Source: Octopus vulgaris (taxonomy: Eukaryota). From it: a stretch of 64,000 nt of DNA. Below are positions 37,428 to 50,371 of this stretch, in pieces (the stretch's first letter is position 1; every line of letters starts with the position of its first letter). Position numbers and translations under genes: made by a program. Under the pieces are notes generated by a model. It was not told the origin of the DNA and ran no database searches. It was given only the letters and a program-made list of their open reading frames with translations. Location: positions 78,864,001-78,928,000 of the forward strand of contig OX597827.1 of the NCBI GenBank assembly GCA_951406725.2, written 5' to 3'.

Positions 37428-38988
37428 TATAGTTTTAAATCCTAATCTATGCTTTAATTTAATACAGCAATTCAATCATGCCGACTGTTAGACACTATTC
37501 TCATTTAAGCGGAAAAAATATTCCCCAGGGTCGTATTTACTGTTGCATGAAAGAGAGGAATATTAAAAGAAAAGTGTAAGAAAATAAAACCATTCTTTTC
37601 CCTGTCCCTGAAGAATGGGACATCTATTCCGAAATACTGAATGATTTAAAGGATTCCAGATTTTCAGTTTACTAAAACTTAATTTTAAAAAACCAGCAAT
37701 TTCAGTGCCGAGACAATCTGGACACAATTTTAAGCGATTTAACACAAATACATAGGTTTGTATGTAGATTGTATTTGTGGTCGTCAGACTTGCTAAAGAT
37801 AGCAGCTAAATCTCCCTCAAAATCACACCCCTAACTATTTTTTTTTTAATGGTAAAGACGTATAGGATAATGTAGTCCTAGATGCATATCTGAAATCTCA
37901 GATGAGATGGTCATGGGTGGAATTTTCTTTAATGATAAGGTCTGGTGGATGAAGGCGAAGTGCGGGTTAAACAATAACAAAGGTGGACCAGGGTGTGAGT
38001 GAGAGGCTGTTGGCAAATGCCCGCGCATTTGGAAGCGATGTTGTCATTTAATATTAAATAATATATGAAAGAAACGTGTTGATGGCTTTTGTGGAAACGA
38101 AAGTAAAAGAATCCAACAAGGAAAGCCATAGATTGTCGGTGGTTGAGGCTTATTTGTATGGATGAGGTCATTTTTTTAAAAATTGGTTTCCCTCCGAATT
38201 GAGATCGGAGAAAGTAGAGAGGGGGAGGGAAAGAGACGAAGACATATAGAGAGAGGGGGAGAAAACAGCATAAGAGTGAGGGAGGGTGGAGAGAAAGAGG
38301 AGAGATAGCAGTGGAGAGAGGGGAGAGCGAGAAAGAGAGGAGAGATATAAAGAGAGAGAGAGAGAGCAAACGAAAGGAGAGACGAAGGAGAGAGACAAAA
38401 AGCAAAAAAAGATAGAGAGGAGATAGCAAGGGAGGGAGAGAGAGAGAGGATGGAAAAGTGAGTGAGGAAAGATAGGAAGAGGAGAGAGATAGAGAGTGAT
38501 AAAGGGGGAAAGAGAGAGGGAGAGAGATAATGAGAGAGGAAGTAAGCGTGAATTCAAAAGAATTGGAGAAAGATTTTCCTTTGGAATTAACGAACCAAAC
38601 TAAAATGTTGAGCTATTCTGAAAGGAAACGGTAAGGAAACCCGCACATTTGCTCTTTGATCACACAAAGGCAGCTAAACATGTGTAACTGTGACCTTAAA
38701 CGAAACAGATCTATTTAGTTGGAAAGCCATAACAATTGTCTTCTATTCTGTTTTCCTCCGATCGTCCAACGAAATTCTTCGAAAACATCACCAACAACAT
38801 CTCCCAGTGGACTTGGAATTGATGTGGATGCAGACAATGTGATCTGGAAGGCTTCCTAGAGGTATCTATACACACATCTCTCTCTATATATACATCTCCA
38901 CTTGGTTCTACACACACACACATATATTTATATAAACCGCGATATCTATCGTTACATTCAAACACTGTTTCAATAGCAATGGTCCGTA

Positions 38989-39400
38989 GCTTACCTTTTT
39001 TCGCGAAATATTTTGCTGTAACACTGAAAGCACCATAAATGTTGTCCGTAATATTTGAAATCGGTCGCTTCGGAAGGTGTTCCCTGTGAGAGGGAAGACC
39101 AAAGTTTTTCGAAGATCACCGAGGAAAGCCGTCCATGTAAACACAGGGGAGACAACCGCTGCAATGACAACCCACCGACTCGATTCACTCCTAATTATCT
39201 CATTAACAAACGTTAATTAACGAATTCAGTCATCTACATCGCACTTAGATATATTTCCGTGGTTATTCCGAAGCAATTTATGACTAATAAACTAAATAAT
39301 TAACCAAGATATCCCGGTGAGGTTCGTGTAAATGGTTGAAGCCACACCGTTGACACCGGTTTCCCCTTATTGTTCTCTTCCAGACAAAGAAAGCTGAAAA
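38989..39400 (-). promoter_or_regulatory. Candidate promoter/first exon of ZF-B with donor at 38995|38994
   Basis: Repeat-free, CpG-enriched island (~38750-39400). Minus-strand consensus donor AAG|GTAAGC at 38995/38994. Confidence 0.45.
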
Positions 39401-41235
39401 GGTCAGCTTTTTGGGGTTTAGGGATTCTTCTGAGATAATCCTCGCATTTTACTCTTCACATTCTCTCACCTTACTATCTAAATAACACCTAATCAGCAAT
39501 AAATATCTACCATTTCTGTTATCTAATTATCTACAATAATAATCACATTTTATAGAAATATTCAAATTCCCAGAGATTTTTTTTTTAATATTCTTTCAAA
39601 AATATGTCTTTATTATGTTTTTAAAATTAATTACTGCACCCGCCTAGGTTTTAATTCACACCGTTTAATTATTTACTTGGGACGAAAATCGTTACAACTT
39701 GTATATCTTCATCTTTCTTCGCGTTTTAGCATTTATTTAATGCTTTGGTTAATGTTGTAAAGTGAAATTAGGTTGGAGTATGTGATGGAAGGAAGGCTGG
39801 GAATCGGCGCACACTTGCATGACAATGAGCTGATGGATAGAACGAGCTGCTATTTGGAAATAGGTTAATAACACAAGTTGTATATCATAAATTGGGATTT
39901 TGCAGATATTGAGGCAACTTTGTACAAGCCGGAGTGCAGCTGCTGAGATATTGTAATAAATCTCTGATCAACAGGTTGCTGTGAAATAAGTTCCATGGGT
40001 TCAAGAGAGCCGCAGCACACATTACACAGACCCATTCCTCTTTTCTTTAAAGATTTATTTGTGCCAAAGTAACGAATCGTGTTGATAACATTTAATCTCT
40101 GAATTCTTCATCATCATCATCGCTTAACGTTCACGTACCATGCTGATGTGAGTTAGACCATGAATTATTAAATTGTATTACATAGAATTCTTTTATGCTT
40201 TGTTTATTTTTCGTATTTCTGCGATCAATGTTAATTATTGAGGTTTGCTTTGCCTCCCATCCTTTCGGGGCCGATAAAATAAGTACCAGTTGATCATTTG
40301 GGGTCAATGTAATCGACTAGCGCCTTCCTCCTAAATATCTGACCTTGTGTCTATGGCAGGAAAGATTATCGTCCGTCTTGGCGTTCTGAGTTCAAATTCC
40401 GCCGAGGTCGACTTTGCCTCCCATCCTTTCGGGGCTGATAAAATAAGTACCAGTTGAGTACTGGGGTTCGATGTAATCGATTCACCTTCGCCCCCAAAAT
40501 ATCAGGCATTGTTTCTAGTAGAAAGGATTATTAGCATTAATACATCCATGTGATTTCCAACTCTGTAGTTCTGAGTTCGATCCCACAGCATGGCACCTTG
40601 GGTGCCATGCTGTGGGATCTTCTAAATTAGATTGACCAGTTCTTTGTGAACTGTATGGAAACACATGGTATACTATGTGTATGGGTGTGTGTTTGGGTAT
40701 TGCTATTCTAGTCCAGGTCAACCCAGACTGACAGACCTATGATCAAAGGCTTGCCATCCATGACCATCCCATCTTTTTAGAGGTATATAGAAATACATTA
40801 TGTAACCTGTCCTTTCCTAGACTTGGCTGCTATTTCTAGCAGATTGTGTTGATATGCAGAAGCTCCCACATTTGCTTCTGTATCTATGTGTACCCGGGTG
40901 AAACGATGTCTTGTGACATTTTACATTAAAAGATATTTCCTACAAGCCTTAAAAAGATGGGTGGGTCATAGATGGAATGCCTTTCATCGGAGTTGACCTC
41001 TGGCCAAATCGTAACATTCTTGGCTGCATCCAAAGAAAACTGATGTGGCTGACAGCCATACCTTCACAAAACAACCCCTTCACTTCCTTTCTCTTCCATT
41101 GCTCCCTTTTATATTCAGTATTCCACCATTGACCAAATCCCCTCGCACTAAACACCTTTCCCCACTTTTTGCTTCCCACCTTCACAGTGCATCTTATTCC
41201 AGGTGAAGGCATGTTGCTTAATGATTAAGATACTC

Positions 41236-41450
41236 AGCGGTGAGCTGGCAGAATCGTTAGCACGCGGGGCGAAATGCGTAGCCGTATTTTGTCTGCCGTT
41301 ATGTTCTGAGTTCAAATTCCGCCGAGGTCGACTTTACCTTTCATCCTTTCGGGGTCGATAAATTAAGTACCAGTTACGCACTGGGGGTCATGTAATCAAC
41401 TTAATCTGTTTGTCTCCTCTATGTTTAGCCCCTTGTGGGTAATAAAGAAA
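41236..41450 (+). mobile_element. SINE family A
   Basis: Near-consensus head, B box and core. Confidence 0.85.
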
Positions 41451-42225
41451 CAGATATTCAGCTCATGACCATAAGGATGTGAATTTGATTTCTGGCAGCA
41501 CATTTGGTCCTTGAGCAAGGCACTTTATCTCATGTTGGTCCTAGTCACTCAACTGGTAAAAATGAGTTGTACCCATATTTCAAAAGGGCCAGTCTTGTCA
41601 CATTCTGTGTCGTGCTGAATTTCCCTAAGAACTACATTAAAGGTGTGCATGTCTGTGGAGTGCTCAACCACTTGCTTGTTAATTTTACAAACAGGCTGTT
41701 CCATTGATCGGATCAGCTGGAACTCTCGATACCATAACCAACAGAACTCCAGTTTATTCCTGGATGCATACAGGGTTCAATCCCTTAATTCTGACCCTTA
41801 GTCCACAATCTCTGACCCTTGGTCTATAATCATGGACCATTAGTTCACATGTCCCTGAACCTAAGTTCATTACAATGACCCCTCATTCACAAGCATTGGC
41901 CTTAGTTTCTCACTGGCTGTTGCCCTAGTACCACTGACCCTTAATTCATGTCACAGACTGTTAGTGGAATAGTAGGGTGTATGTAGACTGAGCAGGGTGG
42001 CCACAATATAGACATGTGTTTGCTGTAGTCAAAGATGTGTTAGATTTAATGAAGCGGGTGAGCACCCAATACCCCCACTACACCACTGCATTGGCCCTTA
42101 CTCCTGTATCACAGGTCTTTAGTTCACAACTGGCCCCAGTTTCTCAAGAATATTTTAAATGTTTAGAAATATCTAATGTGGTTGTGAGTTTAAGGGTCCG
42201 GTTCATTAGTTGGATGCTCAGGAGG

Positions 42226-42360
42226 CACTAGTGTAGCAAGGGTGGTGTGGTCTGCTCCAGGCAGCACTTTTGGGTCTGCTGTAGGCAGTATGTGCTTTTG
42301 TGGGGTCTGGGGCAGGCAAACGGAAGGGCCACCCTGGGTGGCACACTAGCTATGCTAGTG
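42226..42360. mobile_element. hAT-like MITE (135 bp)
   Basis: TIR cactagtgtagc/gctatgctagtg; 8-bp TSD TCAGGAGG on both sides. Confidence 0.75.
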
Positions 42361-42677
42361 TCAGGAGGTCAGGTATTGCTACTTTTCAGAGCTTTCTCAA
42401 AACTGTCAGATTATTCTGCATCCCATAAAACTAGTGTGTCCACTGCAAAACTCTCCTGCCCACTGAAGGAGCATTCTGTGATCTCTTGTAAGAGGATAAA
42501 GTATATCAACAACTCCTACTTTATTTCAGCCAGCCTTGTAAATGTCATCTCTGTCCATGCTATGGTCAGTCATGATAGGGTTTGAACTCAGTAATACAAG
42601 TTGACGAAACAGCCATCATGCATAATTTTTATTTTAATGGTTTGATAATATCCACGACCCCTTTTCAGGGTTCCAAA

Positions 42678-42834
42678 CAGAGCTGTGGAGTTGGAGTCGG
42701 AGTTGGTAAAATAGACCCCAATCACTTAATTACATAGAGGAGTCGGAGGTGCCACTAGTAGAGGAGTCAGAGGTGCCAATAGTAGAAGAGCTGGAGTCGG
42801 AGTCAAAGTTTTTTGTTCCGACTCCAAATCCCTG
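42678..42834. mobile_element. hAT-like MITE with GGAGTC repeats
   Basis: TIR cagagctgtggagttgga/tccgactccaaatccctg; 8-bp TSD GTTCCAAA. Confidence 0.8.
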
Positions 42835-43968
42835 GTTCCAAAACTGATGGGAGGGAGAGGGTGGAGGAAGCCATGTTGAGAAGATGTTAGACATGACCTA
42901 AACGATTGCGAATGATTGGACTTGTTTAAAGACAGCCAAGAGCCAGGGGCCTGGGGTTAATCCAGGCAGCACATTACGTCTGTCACTCAAGAACAGGATT
43001 GTCTCTCTCTCTCTGACAGGATTCATCATAGTTTCTATCTACCAAATTCCACTCACAAGGCTTTGGTTGACTTAGGATAATGTAAAAGACACTTAACAAA
43101 GCTGCTGTGCAACAGGATTGAACCTGAAGCCACTTTTTTGTGCTTGAAAACTTCTTATCCAGTCACACCAGCCACATGGTATGGTTTGTTCTTTTACAGC
43201 CAAGAGCTGAGCACCTCCCCTTAAAACCCTTTAATAGGGAATTGTTAAAGTCATTAAAGTGTTGTGGCTTTGTGTGCTCCAGGTTCAATTCTTACTGAAG
43301 TCAACTTTTTCCTTTCATCCATTTTCAGGCTGGTAAAACGACATCCCTGTGCCTCTCTCATACCCCAACCTCTCATCTGGCACATGGCCCACTTGTCGCA
43401 GTTCCTCTCTCAACTGAGACGTCTTTGTCTTGCAAGTTACCTGGTGACCCTTGTTGATGTTGGTGTCACACAAAAGGCGTCTGTGGTGGCACCAGGTAAA
43501 CAGTTCCCAGTGCACTCTGTGAAGTTGTTAGGAAGGGCATCCAGCTGTAGAAGCCATGCCAAAGCAAACACCTGGGGCTTGGTGTGGCCCTCTCACTTGC
43601 CAGCTCCTGTCAAACTGTCCTACCCATGCCTGCATGGAAAACGGATGCTAAATGATGATGATGGTGGTGGTTGTGGCGGTGGTGGTGGTGTGGTGAGGAG
43701 GAGGAGGGTTGGAGAAGAGGCCTTGCAACATCTGTTCCAACTGTTTGTTTTCTAACCACAATGTCTATGACAACACTGGTGCCAAGCTGTGTCAGTCCAA
43801 GTCAGTGACCTTCCCCATTGATAAACATTACTTTGGCAGAGAGGGGCAACTTGTATACACGGACAGCAGCCAGTCTTCCTCAAAATATCCTGCCCATATT
43901 TGCAGGTATGTGTGTGTGTGTGTAGATGTACAATCAACCTCTACTAATGGATACCCTAAATATGGGTA

Positions 43969-44180
43969 TTAACCCATTAAGTCCCAGAGTACTTAAATTT
44001 CTGAATATTAATTCTAAATTTTTACAGATGATTGAAAATAGGTTAAAATGAAAAAACTAATTATTAAAACTCCTTTACATCAAGTAGAAATGGAAATACT
44101 CGGAGACAATGTGATGTAGCTTGATTAATGTTCTCATTAATATAGTGTCCTATTTATAGGACAATGGGACTTAATGGCTA
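43969..44180. mobile_element. piggyBac-like MITE
   Basis: TTAAcccattaagtccca .. tgggacttaatgg termini. Confidence 0.55.
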
Positions 44181-44764
44181 TCAAGCTTAGGGTCTGTGTA
44201 GAGAAGATGCAGTAATCTCTCGCCATATCATGGTTCACCTATCAAGCACTCAGTACTTTGCAGATTTTTCTGGATAATATGTGTAATTTTATATCATGGA
44301 ATCCTCAGTGTATCGTGGGTTTCTGCAGCCGATGGGTTTTTATATTTCTTTAGGTTTTAATTATTTTTGTGGGAGGCTTTGGAACGTAACACCTGCGATA
44401 GTTGAGGGATTACTGTATTGGACAACTGGTGTTACAAGTGGTCACTTTATAATTATTGTAGGTATATTTTGTGTTTATAGACAGAACACTTTATTCTACA
44501 TTCCCATCTGTTGGAGATTGGTACCAGATCATCTAACAATGCCACCTCTGCTACACTGAGGGATTGCTGAAGGGAGCATTTACCTTTTGCTCCCTTCGTG
44601 CTATGTGATCAAAGGTAAGCACCTCTCTTTAAAAGTCCTTCAGGTGGAGTCAAATCTGGTTGGTTGATCTATTAGAAATAACTGTCAAATCTCCCTTAAA
44701 TCACTCTCAACTAATGTAAAAAGTGAAGGAGGTGTAAATGCAAGATAATGTAGCTCTGGATATA

Positions 44765-45089
44765 TCTTTATATGATGATGATGATGATGATATAAAATTG
44801 AAGTTGTGTGTGTGAGACTCTGTCTCCTCCGATTTAGATTCCTAACTACTCCCACATTTTGAGGTGCAGTGTAACCAAAAGCAGGTATCTTATAGTCGTG
44901 ATTCATATCGAGCCCTTCTGGGTATTAGCACGCGTCTACGATGAGTCTACAATTCAAAAAAAAATTTACCATCATTTTTCCGCATTTTTAATGATTTTTG
45001 CTCGGTTTATATAAGGGAAGTAACTCTCTAAAAATGCTTATATAGTTATTTCCCTTATAAACCCGAGCAACGCCAGGCGATACTGCTAG
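44765..45089 (+). mobile_element. Non-autonomous Helitron
   Basis: Begins A|TC; ends with hairpin cccgagcaacgccaggc then CTAG|T; no TSD. Confidence 0.75.
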
Positions 45090-45442
45090 TTTTATCATAA
45101 ACAAGGATCTGCTTAATCAGGGTTGACTTGGAGCTAAACAACAGCAACAACTTTTCAGGACCCCTTACACATATTTAGTTATTTAAAGAAGAAAAAGAAT
45201 CAAATCGTTGAAGTTAACTACTTAGTGATGCCATCTGCATAAAACACCAATAGTTAAGTGAGAGTTAATAAATTCAATGTAGTGAACATTGAATACCTAG
45301 CATTAAATATCCAATTAACATCAAATAGTTAATTAGAAATATTTATGTAATGCATCATTAGAAAATCAGACAGAAATGTCACTTTGAAAACTATACATTT
45401 CGAACAGGAATTTGGCAGCGTCACCTCTTGCCAAACAATTAT

Positions 45443-45487
45443 TCTGTGCCGATGAAGGGAAATAACCCGGAAATCGCGATACATAGA
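45443..45487 (+). ncRNA. Type I hammerhead ribozyme (core variant CCGATGA)
   Basis: Same fold as 45796-45840, with perfect palindromic stem III TCGCGA and a U4-to-C change in the core. Confidence 0.65.
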
Positions 45488-45795
45488 TATTGTTTTGAGC
45501 TGAGTGGGTGTGCGAGATTCCCTTGTTCGAAAATATAAGGACACAGATCGGGTTGTATAGCCAGCTGGAGACTATATCTCCTGGGGTTAAATTACAGCAA
45601 CATTTGTCCTAAACCAGGACTGCCATGTTATGATGGCAAACACTCTTCACTCCAAAGTACTGTTGCTGAATATCTCTCATTGAGAGATTTACAAATACTA
45701 ATTTTCTATTTTATATATCAGTGACTAGTTGTCACTTTGAAAACTATATATTTGGAACAGGAATTTGGCAGCGTCACCTCTAGCTAAACAATTAT

Positions 45796-45840
45796 TCTGT
45801 GCTGATGAAGGGAAATAACCCGGAAATCGTGATACATAGA
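45796..45840 (+). ncRNA. Type I hammerhead ribozyme (intact core)
   Basis: tctgtg-CTGATGA-aGGG-aaataa-CCCg-GAAA-tcgtga-TA-cataga. Stem I tctgtg/cataga, stem II GGG/CCC, short near-palindromic stem III, AUA cleavage triplet. Confidence 0.8.
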
Positions 45841-46875
45841 TATTGTTTTGAGCTGAGTGGGGGTACTAGATTCCCTTGTTCAAAAATATAAGGACACAGA
45901 TCGGGTTGTATAGCCAACTGGAGACTGTCTCCTGGGGCTAAATTACAGCAACATTCGTCCTAAACCAGGACTGCCATGTTATGTTGGCAAACAATCTTTA
46001 CTCCAAAGTACTGTTGCTGAATATCTCTCGTTGTGAGATTTAAAAATAGTAATTTTCTATGTCTTACCATATTTGTTAAAAAATTTATGTTCTGAGTTCA
46101 AACCTTGCCAAGATCGACTTTTCCTTTCATCTTTGCAGGGTCAATAAAAATAAGGCATCAATCCAAAGTAGTAGATTAACAAGGGCTGTAAAAAAGCACC
46201 AGACCAGATGCTTTATGGGATTTGTCCCAGCCCTTGGTGTTCTGAGTTCAAATCCTTTCTGGTCTCACCTGAGTGGTAGATTTAACTCCACCACCTGACA
46301 CTTTGAGTGGCTGGAGTAGAATCCTCTCTGCTGCAAGCATTCAGTTCTGGTTTCTGATTTGAGGATACCTCATCCATCCCCCGTTCCTTTCCTCCCAAAA
46401 ATCTCAGGGACCCCCTTAGCCCTTCAGCATTTAAACCAGCTTTATAATAATATCCAGGGCTTCATTGCTACTGAAGGAGGAACCCGTCCCTGAACTCCTT
46501 CTGCCGCTGTCTCTCTCTCTGGCCAGTTGTGGCCATCTATTAAGCTCTCTCTAGGTCGTAGGTTAGATCATCTCATCACCTTGTCTTTGGTTGGCCTCTT
46601 GACCTTCTCCATTGAAAATTGGGAACCAGCCATGTCAGGCCTAGATATTCCTTGTTTTATGTTCAAACTGGCCAGATCCAGCCTCTCACACTTATCCTAC
46701 AAAGTCATTCTTAAAATAAACAGTCACATCATCAGAAAAGATAATGCATGGTAAATCCCAAACAATGTGAATAAGTAAGCATCCCATTTGACAGTCATCT
46801 GGATGCTAAAGTCAAGGGTCAAGGGTCAAGGGTACTGATTCCTCTCTTAATTAATAGCTAAAGTAAACAAGCAAA

Positions 46876-47288
46876 TAGGCACAGGAGTGGCTGTGTGGTA
46901 AGTAGCTTCTAACCAACCACATGGTTCCGGGTTCAGTCCCATTGCGTGGCACCTTGGGCAAGAGTCTTCTACTATAGCCTCGGGCCGACCAATGCCTTCT
47001 GAGTGGATTTGGTAGACGGAAACTGAAAGAAGCCTGTCATATATATGTATATATATATAAGTGTGTGTGTATATGTTTGTGTGTCTGTGTTTGTCCCCCT
47101 AGCATTGCTTGACAACCGATGCTGGTGTGTTTACGTCCCTGTCACTTAGCGGTTTGGCAAAAGAGACCGATAGAATAAATACTGGGCTTACAAAGAATAA
47201 GTCCTGGGGTCGATTTGCTCGACTAAAGGCGGTGCTCCAGCATGGCCGCAGTCAAATGACTGATACAAGTAAAAGAGTAAAGAGAGTA
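46876..47288 (+). mobile_element. SINE family B
   Basis: A box tggctgtgtgg, B box ggttcagtcc, CORE-like ggcaccttgggcaag, tail gtaaaagagtaaagag. Confidence 0.9.
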
Positions 47289-47959
47289 AACAAATGAAAC
47301 CGAAACTATGGAAACCCAGTAGTGACAAAACCTTTATGGGTTTGAGGCAGACTTTATATCAGACTAACACAAAGATCTTGCAAACTGAAAAGGGAAGCTC
47401 TATGTGATTACTAGGCCTACTAGAAATAGCAGCCAAATCTTCCTAAATTCTCATCCTACCATCTTATAAGAGGAAAGACTGTATAATATAGTTTTAGATG
47501 TATATTTCAAAATAAGATGTGATGGCCATGGTTGGAGTGTTTCTAAATTATAATAAAAGACTAAGATTACATTGATACAAAGGGATGTTTAAGTTTCATG
47601 GTAAATCATCGTTTGACACAAGTGTGAATGGAAACATCGATAAATATCTGATTGTCAACAATGAGAGAACGTGTGCTTGGTTGCACAGTCACTTGACTTG
47701 CTAAAAATAGCAACCAAACTTATCTCAAATCAAAACCTGTCATCTTTAAAAAAGCAGGTATTCTAATTTAGCTGTTTGAAAGAAAAAAAAAATGAATAGC
47801 AAGATAGGCATGGATGGAATGTCTTGGCTGGAGGTAACCTAGGACTAAACAACACCAACTGAAATTATAATTTCTGATCAAAGTCAAAACTGAGACAAAT
47901 GTTTAATCTTAAATGCCAAAAGTTTTATTCTTGGATTAAAATTATTACCATTAATAATA

Positions 47960-48086
47960 GACCACCATCACCACCACCACCACTACCACTACCACTACCA
48001 CACAACCCACCATCACCACTACCACCACCACCACCATCACCACTACCACCACACCGTCACCACCACCACCATACTTCTTCCTTTTA

Positions 48087-48120
<34 letters not shown>

Positions 48121-48393
48121 TCTTCTTCCTCTTCTTCTTCTTCTTCCTCTTCTTCTTCTCCTTCTTCTTCTTCCTTTTCTTCTTCTCCTTCCTCTTCTTC
48201 TTCTTCTTTCCTTCTTCTTCCTCTTCTTCTTTTCCTTCTTCTTCTTCTTCTTCCGCTTCTTCTTCTTTTCCTTCTTCTTCTTCTTCCTCTTCTTCTTCTT
48301 CTTTTCCTTCTTCTTCTTCTTCTTCTTCTTCTTCTTCTTCTTCTTCTTCTTCTTCTTCTTCTTCTTCTTCTTCTTCTTCTTCTTCTCCTTCTT
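47960..48393. repeat. (CCA)n followed by a long (TTC)n tract
   Basis: Direct reading; the ~300-bp homopurine/homopyrimidine tract could form triplex DNA. Confidence 0.95.
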
Positions 48394-48805
48394 CTCGTCC
48401 AAGTCAGTCCTTATCCTGAGTTGCTGCCCTTCCAGATGGTTAGGAGGGCTACGTCTTGACATATCTCCCATTTAACCTTGGTTTCTATGACTTGATACCC
48501 TTTCTAGCACTGAGGATGTTGTCCTTAACGAAACTAAGGGTTTTCTCAACCCTACATTGTCTTCACTCTCCTCTTGCTGGCCAATCATTTTACAGAGGAT
48601 GCTGGGCACATTTTGTTGTGCTACCAGCTCTAGTGGGGTTGCCTTGTTTCTCACAAAACTGTTCAGAGCAACATGACTGAGAGGATGAAGAAAAGAGAAC
48701 GATGACAGATGGAAAACAGTGAAGTAGATGAGAGTATGATAGGAAGAAACAAACTGATTAGAGTGACAGGCAAATGGAGGAGGCAGTAATGGAAGAGAGA
48801 CAGTG

Positions 48806-49188
48806 ATGTTAGTTAATTTTTTGGCTCAAAAAGCAAAAAGCAAGGCCATTTAGGGGGACATGGAGTTACGTACAGGGTGATGTTCATGTAAAGAATTCAG
48901 GCAACTTGTGGTCAAAGGAGACTTTGAACCGAGCGGTTGTCGGCATCTTCACTATCTCATCCGGCAGCTTATTCCATGGATCCGCAACCTGGACGGAGAA
49001 AGCCCCTCTCCTTTGATTGAGATGAAATCGTCGCAGATAGAGCTTTTCGGAGTGACCCCGCAGCTGACGCTCTGGAGCAGGAGTGAAGAACAGCTCTTTC
49101 GAGAGGTTACACTTTCCGCTTATGATGTTGTGAGCAAGAATGAGATCTCCACGGCGGCGGCGTTTTTCTAGAGAATAAAGGTCGAGGC
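48806..49188 (-). mobile_element. CR1-clade LINE 3' end
   Basis: LDLYSLEKRRRRGDLILAHNII..LRGHSEKLYLRRF..GAFSVQVADPWNKLPDEIV; tail ends in (TAAC)n. Confidence 0.85.
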
Positions 49189-49400
49189 AATGTTGGGAGC
49201 TTTATATGTCTGTTGGTAAGAAGGACCCCAGTATAAATAAATTTTGGTTCTTTGTTGTGCTTTATTTTATGGACTCTGGAAGGATGAAAGGCAAATTAAC
49301 TTTGATGAGATTGGAACCTAAAGAGCACTGAATAAATTCTGCAAGTGACTTTATCGGATATTTATGATTGTTTGTCCATCTTTCCTATATTACCCTTTAG

Positions 49401-49781
49401 TGGAGGCACAATGGCCCAGTGGTTAGGGCAGCAGACTTGCGGTCGTAGGATTGCAGTTTTGATTTCCAGACCGGGCATTGTGAGTGTTTATTGAGCAAAA
49501 ACACCTAAAGCTCCATGAGGCTCCGGCAGGGGGTAGTGGCGATCCCTGCTGTACACTTTCAGCACAACTTTCTCTCACTCTTTCTTCCTGTTTCTGTTGT
49601 ACCTGTATTTCAAAGTGCCAGCCTTGTCACACTCTGTGTCACGCTGAATCTCCCTGAGAACTACGTTAAGGGTACACATGTCTGTGGAGTGCTCAGGCCA
49701 CTTGCACATTAATTTCACGAGCAGGCTGTTCCGTTGATCGGATCAACTGGAACCCTTGTCATCATAACCGATGGAAAGCCA
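49401..49781 (+). mobile_element. SINE family C
   Basis: tggaggcacaatggcccagtggttagggc head; tail shared with 16476 and 41455-41752. Confidence 0.8.
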
Positions 49782-50371
49782 CGATTACTCTTTAACATTC
49801 AGATTTCTGTTAAATGTAATGCTTATTTAATCACATTGTTTTGCATTAACCTTGTAACTTCAAGATTTCAACAATTTCATTGTTTATTTTTAGAATGGCA
49901 TTGTAGGGTAGGTGTGAGAGGCCAAAGTAGGCCAGCTTGAACATTAAAACAGATTTTTTGGGGCATATTGAGGCATCATAACAAACTTTGACTTTATTTA
50001 TCTTAGACAAGTCAGCCTGCTTGCGGGCCATTTGCTCTTCCACCTATTCTTGTTGTTGTCGTTGTTTAACCTTGACTGAGCAGATTCATGATCAATTGTG
50101 TTCCAACCATGTCCATCCAGTAATTTCATCTGTAATCATTATATCTAGGAGTACTTCATCCAATGTGTACCTCTCTTTAAAGATCATATAGTTTAATTCA
50201 AGGGGAAAATTAGCTGCTATTCTTCACAGGTCAAGCAACAACAGACGATCCAGTATTGGTTCACCGTCCTTTACTTAAAACATTTAATTTACTGCTAACA
50301 TAATTAATGTAATGAGCATCCAGATTCTAATTAAAAACATTTATGCAACGAAAAAAATACAATATTAGCTC

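Larger units (their letters stand above)
45377..46060 (+). mobile_element. Tandem 353-bp dimer with one type I hammerhead ribozyme per unit (non-LTR retrozyme-like)
   Basis: Unit start tgtcactttgaaaactata at 45377 and 45730 (period 353). HHRs at 45443-45487 and 45796-45840. No ORF. Confidence 0.8.

Noticed and set aside
47899-48471. 186-aa and 142-aa ORFs (polyP/S/L; polyK/R)
   Set aside because: Produced by (CCA)n and (TTC)n tracts.
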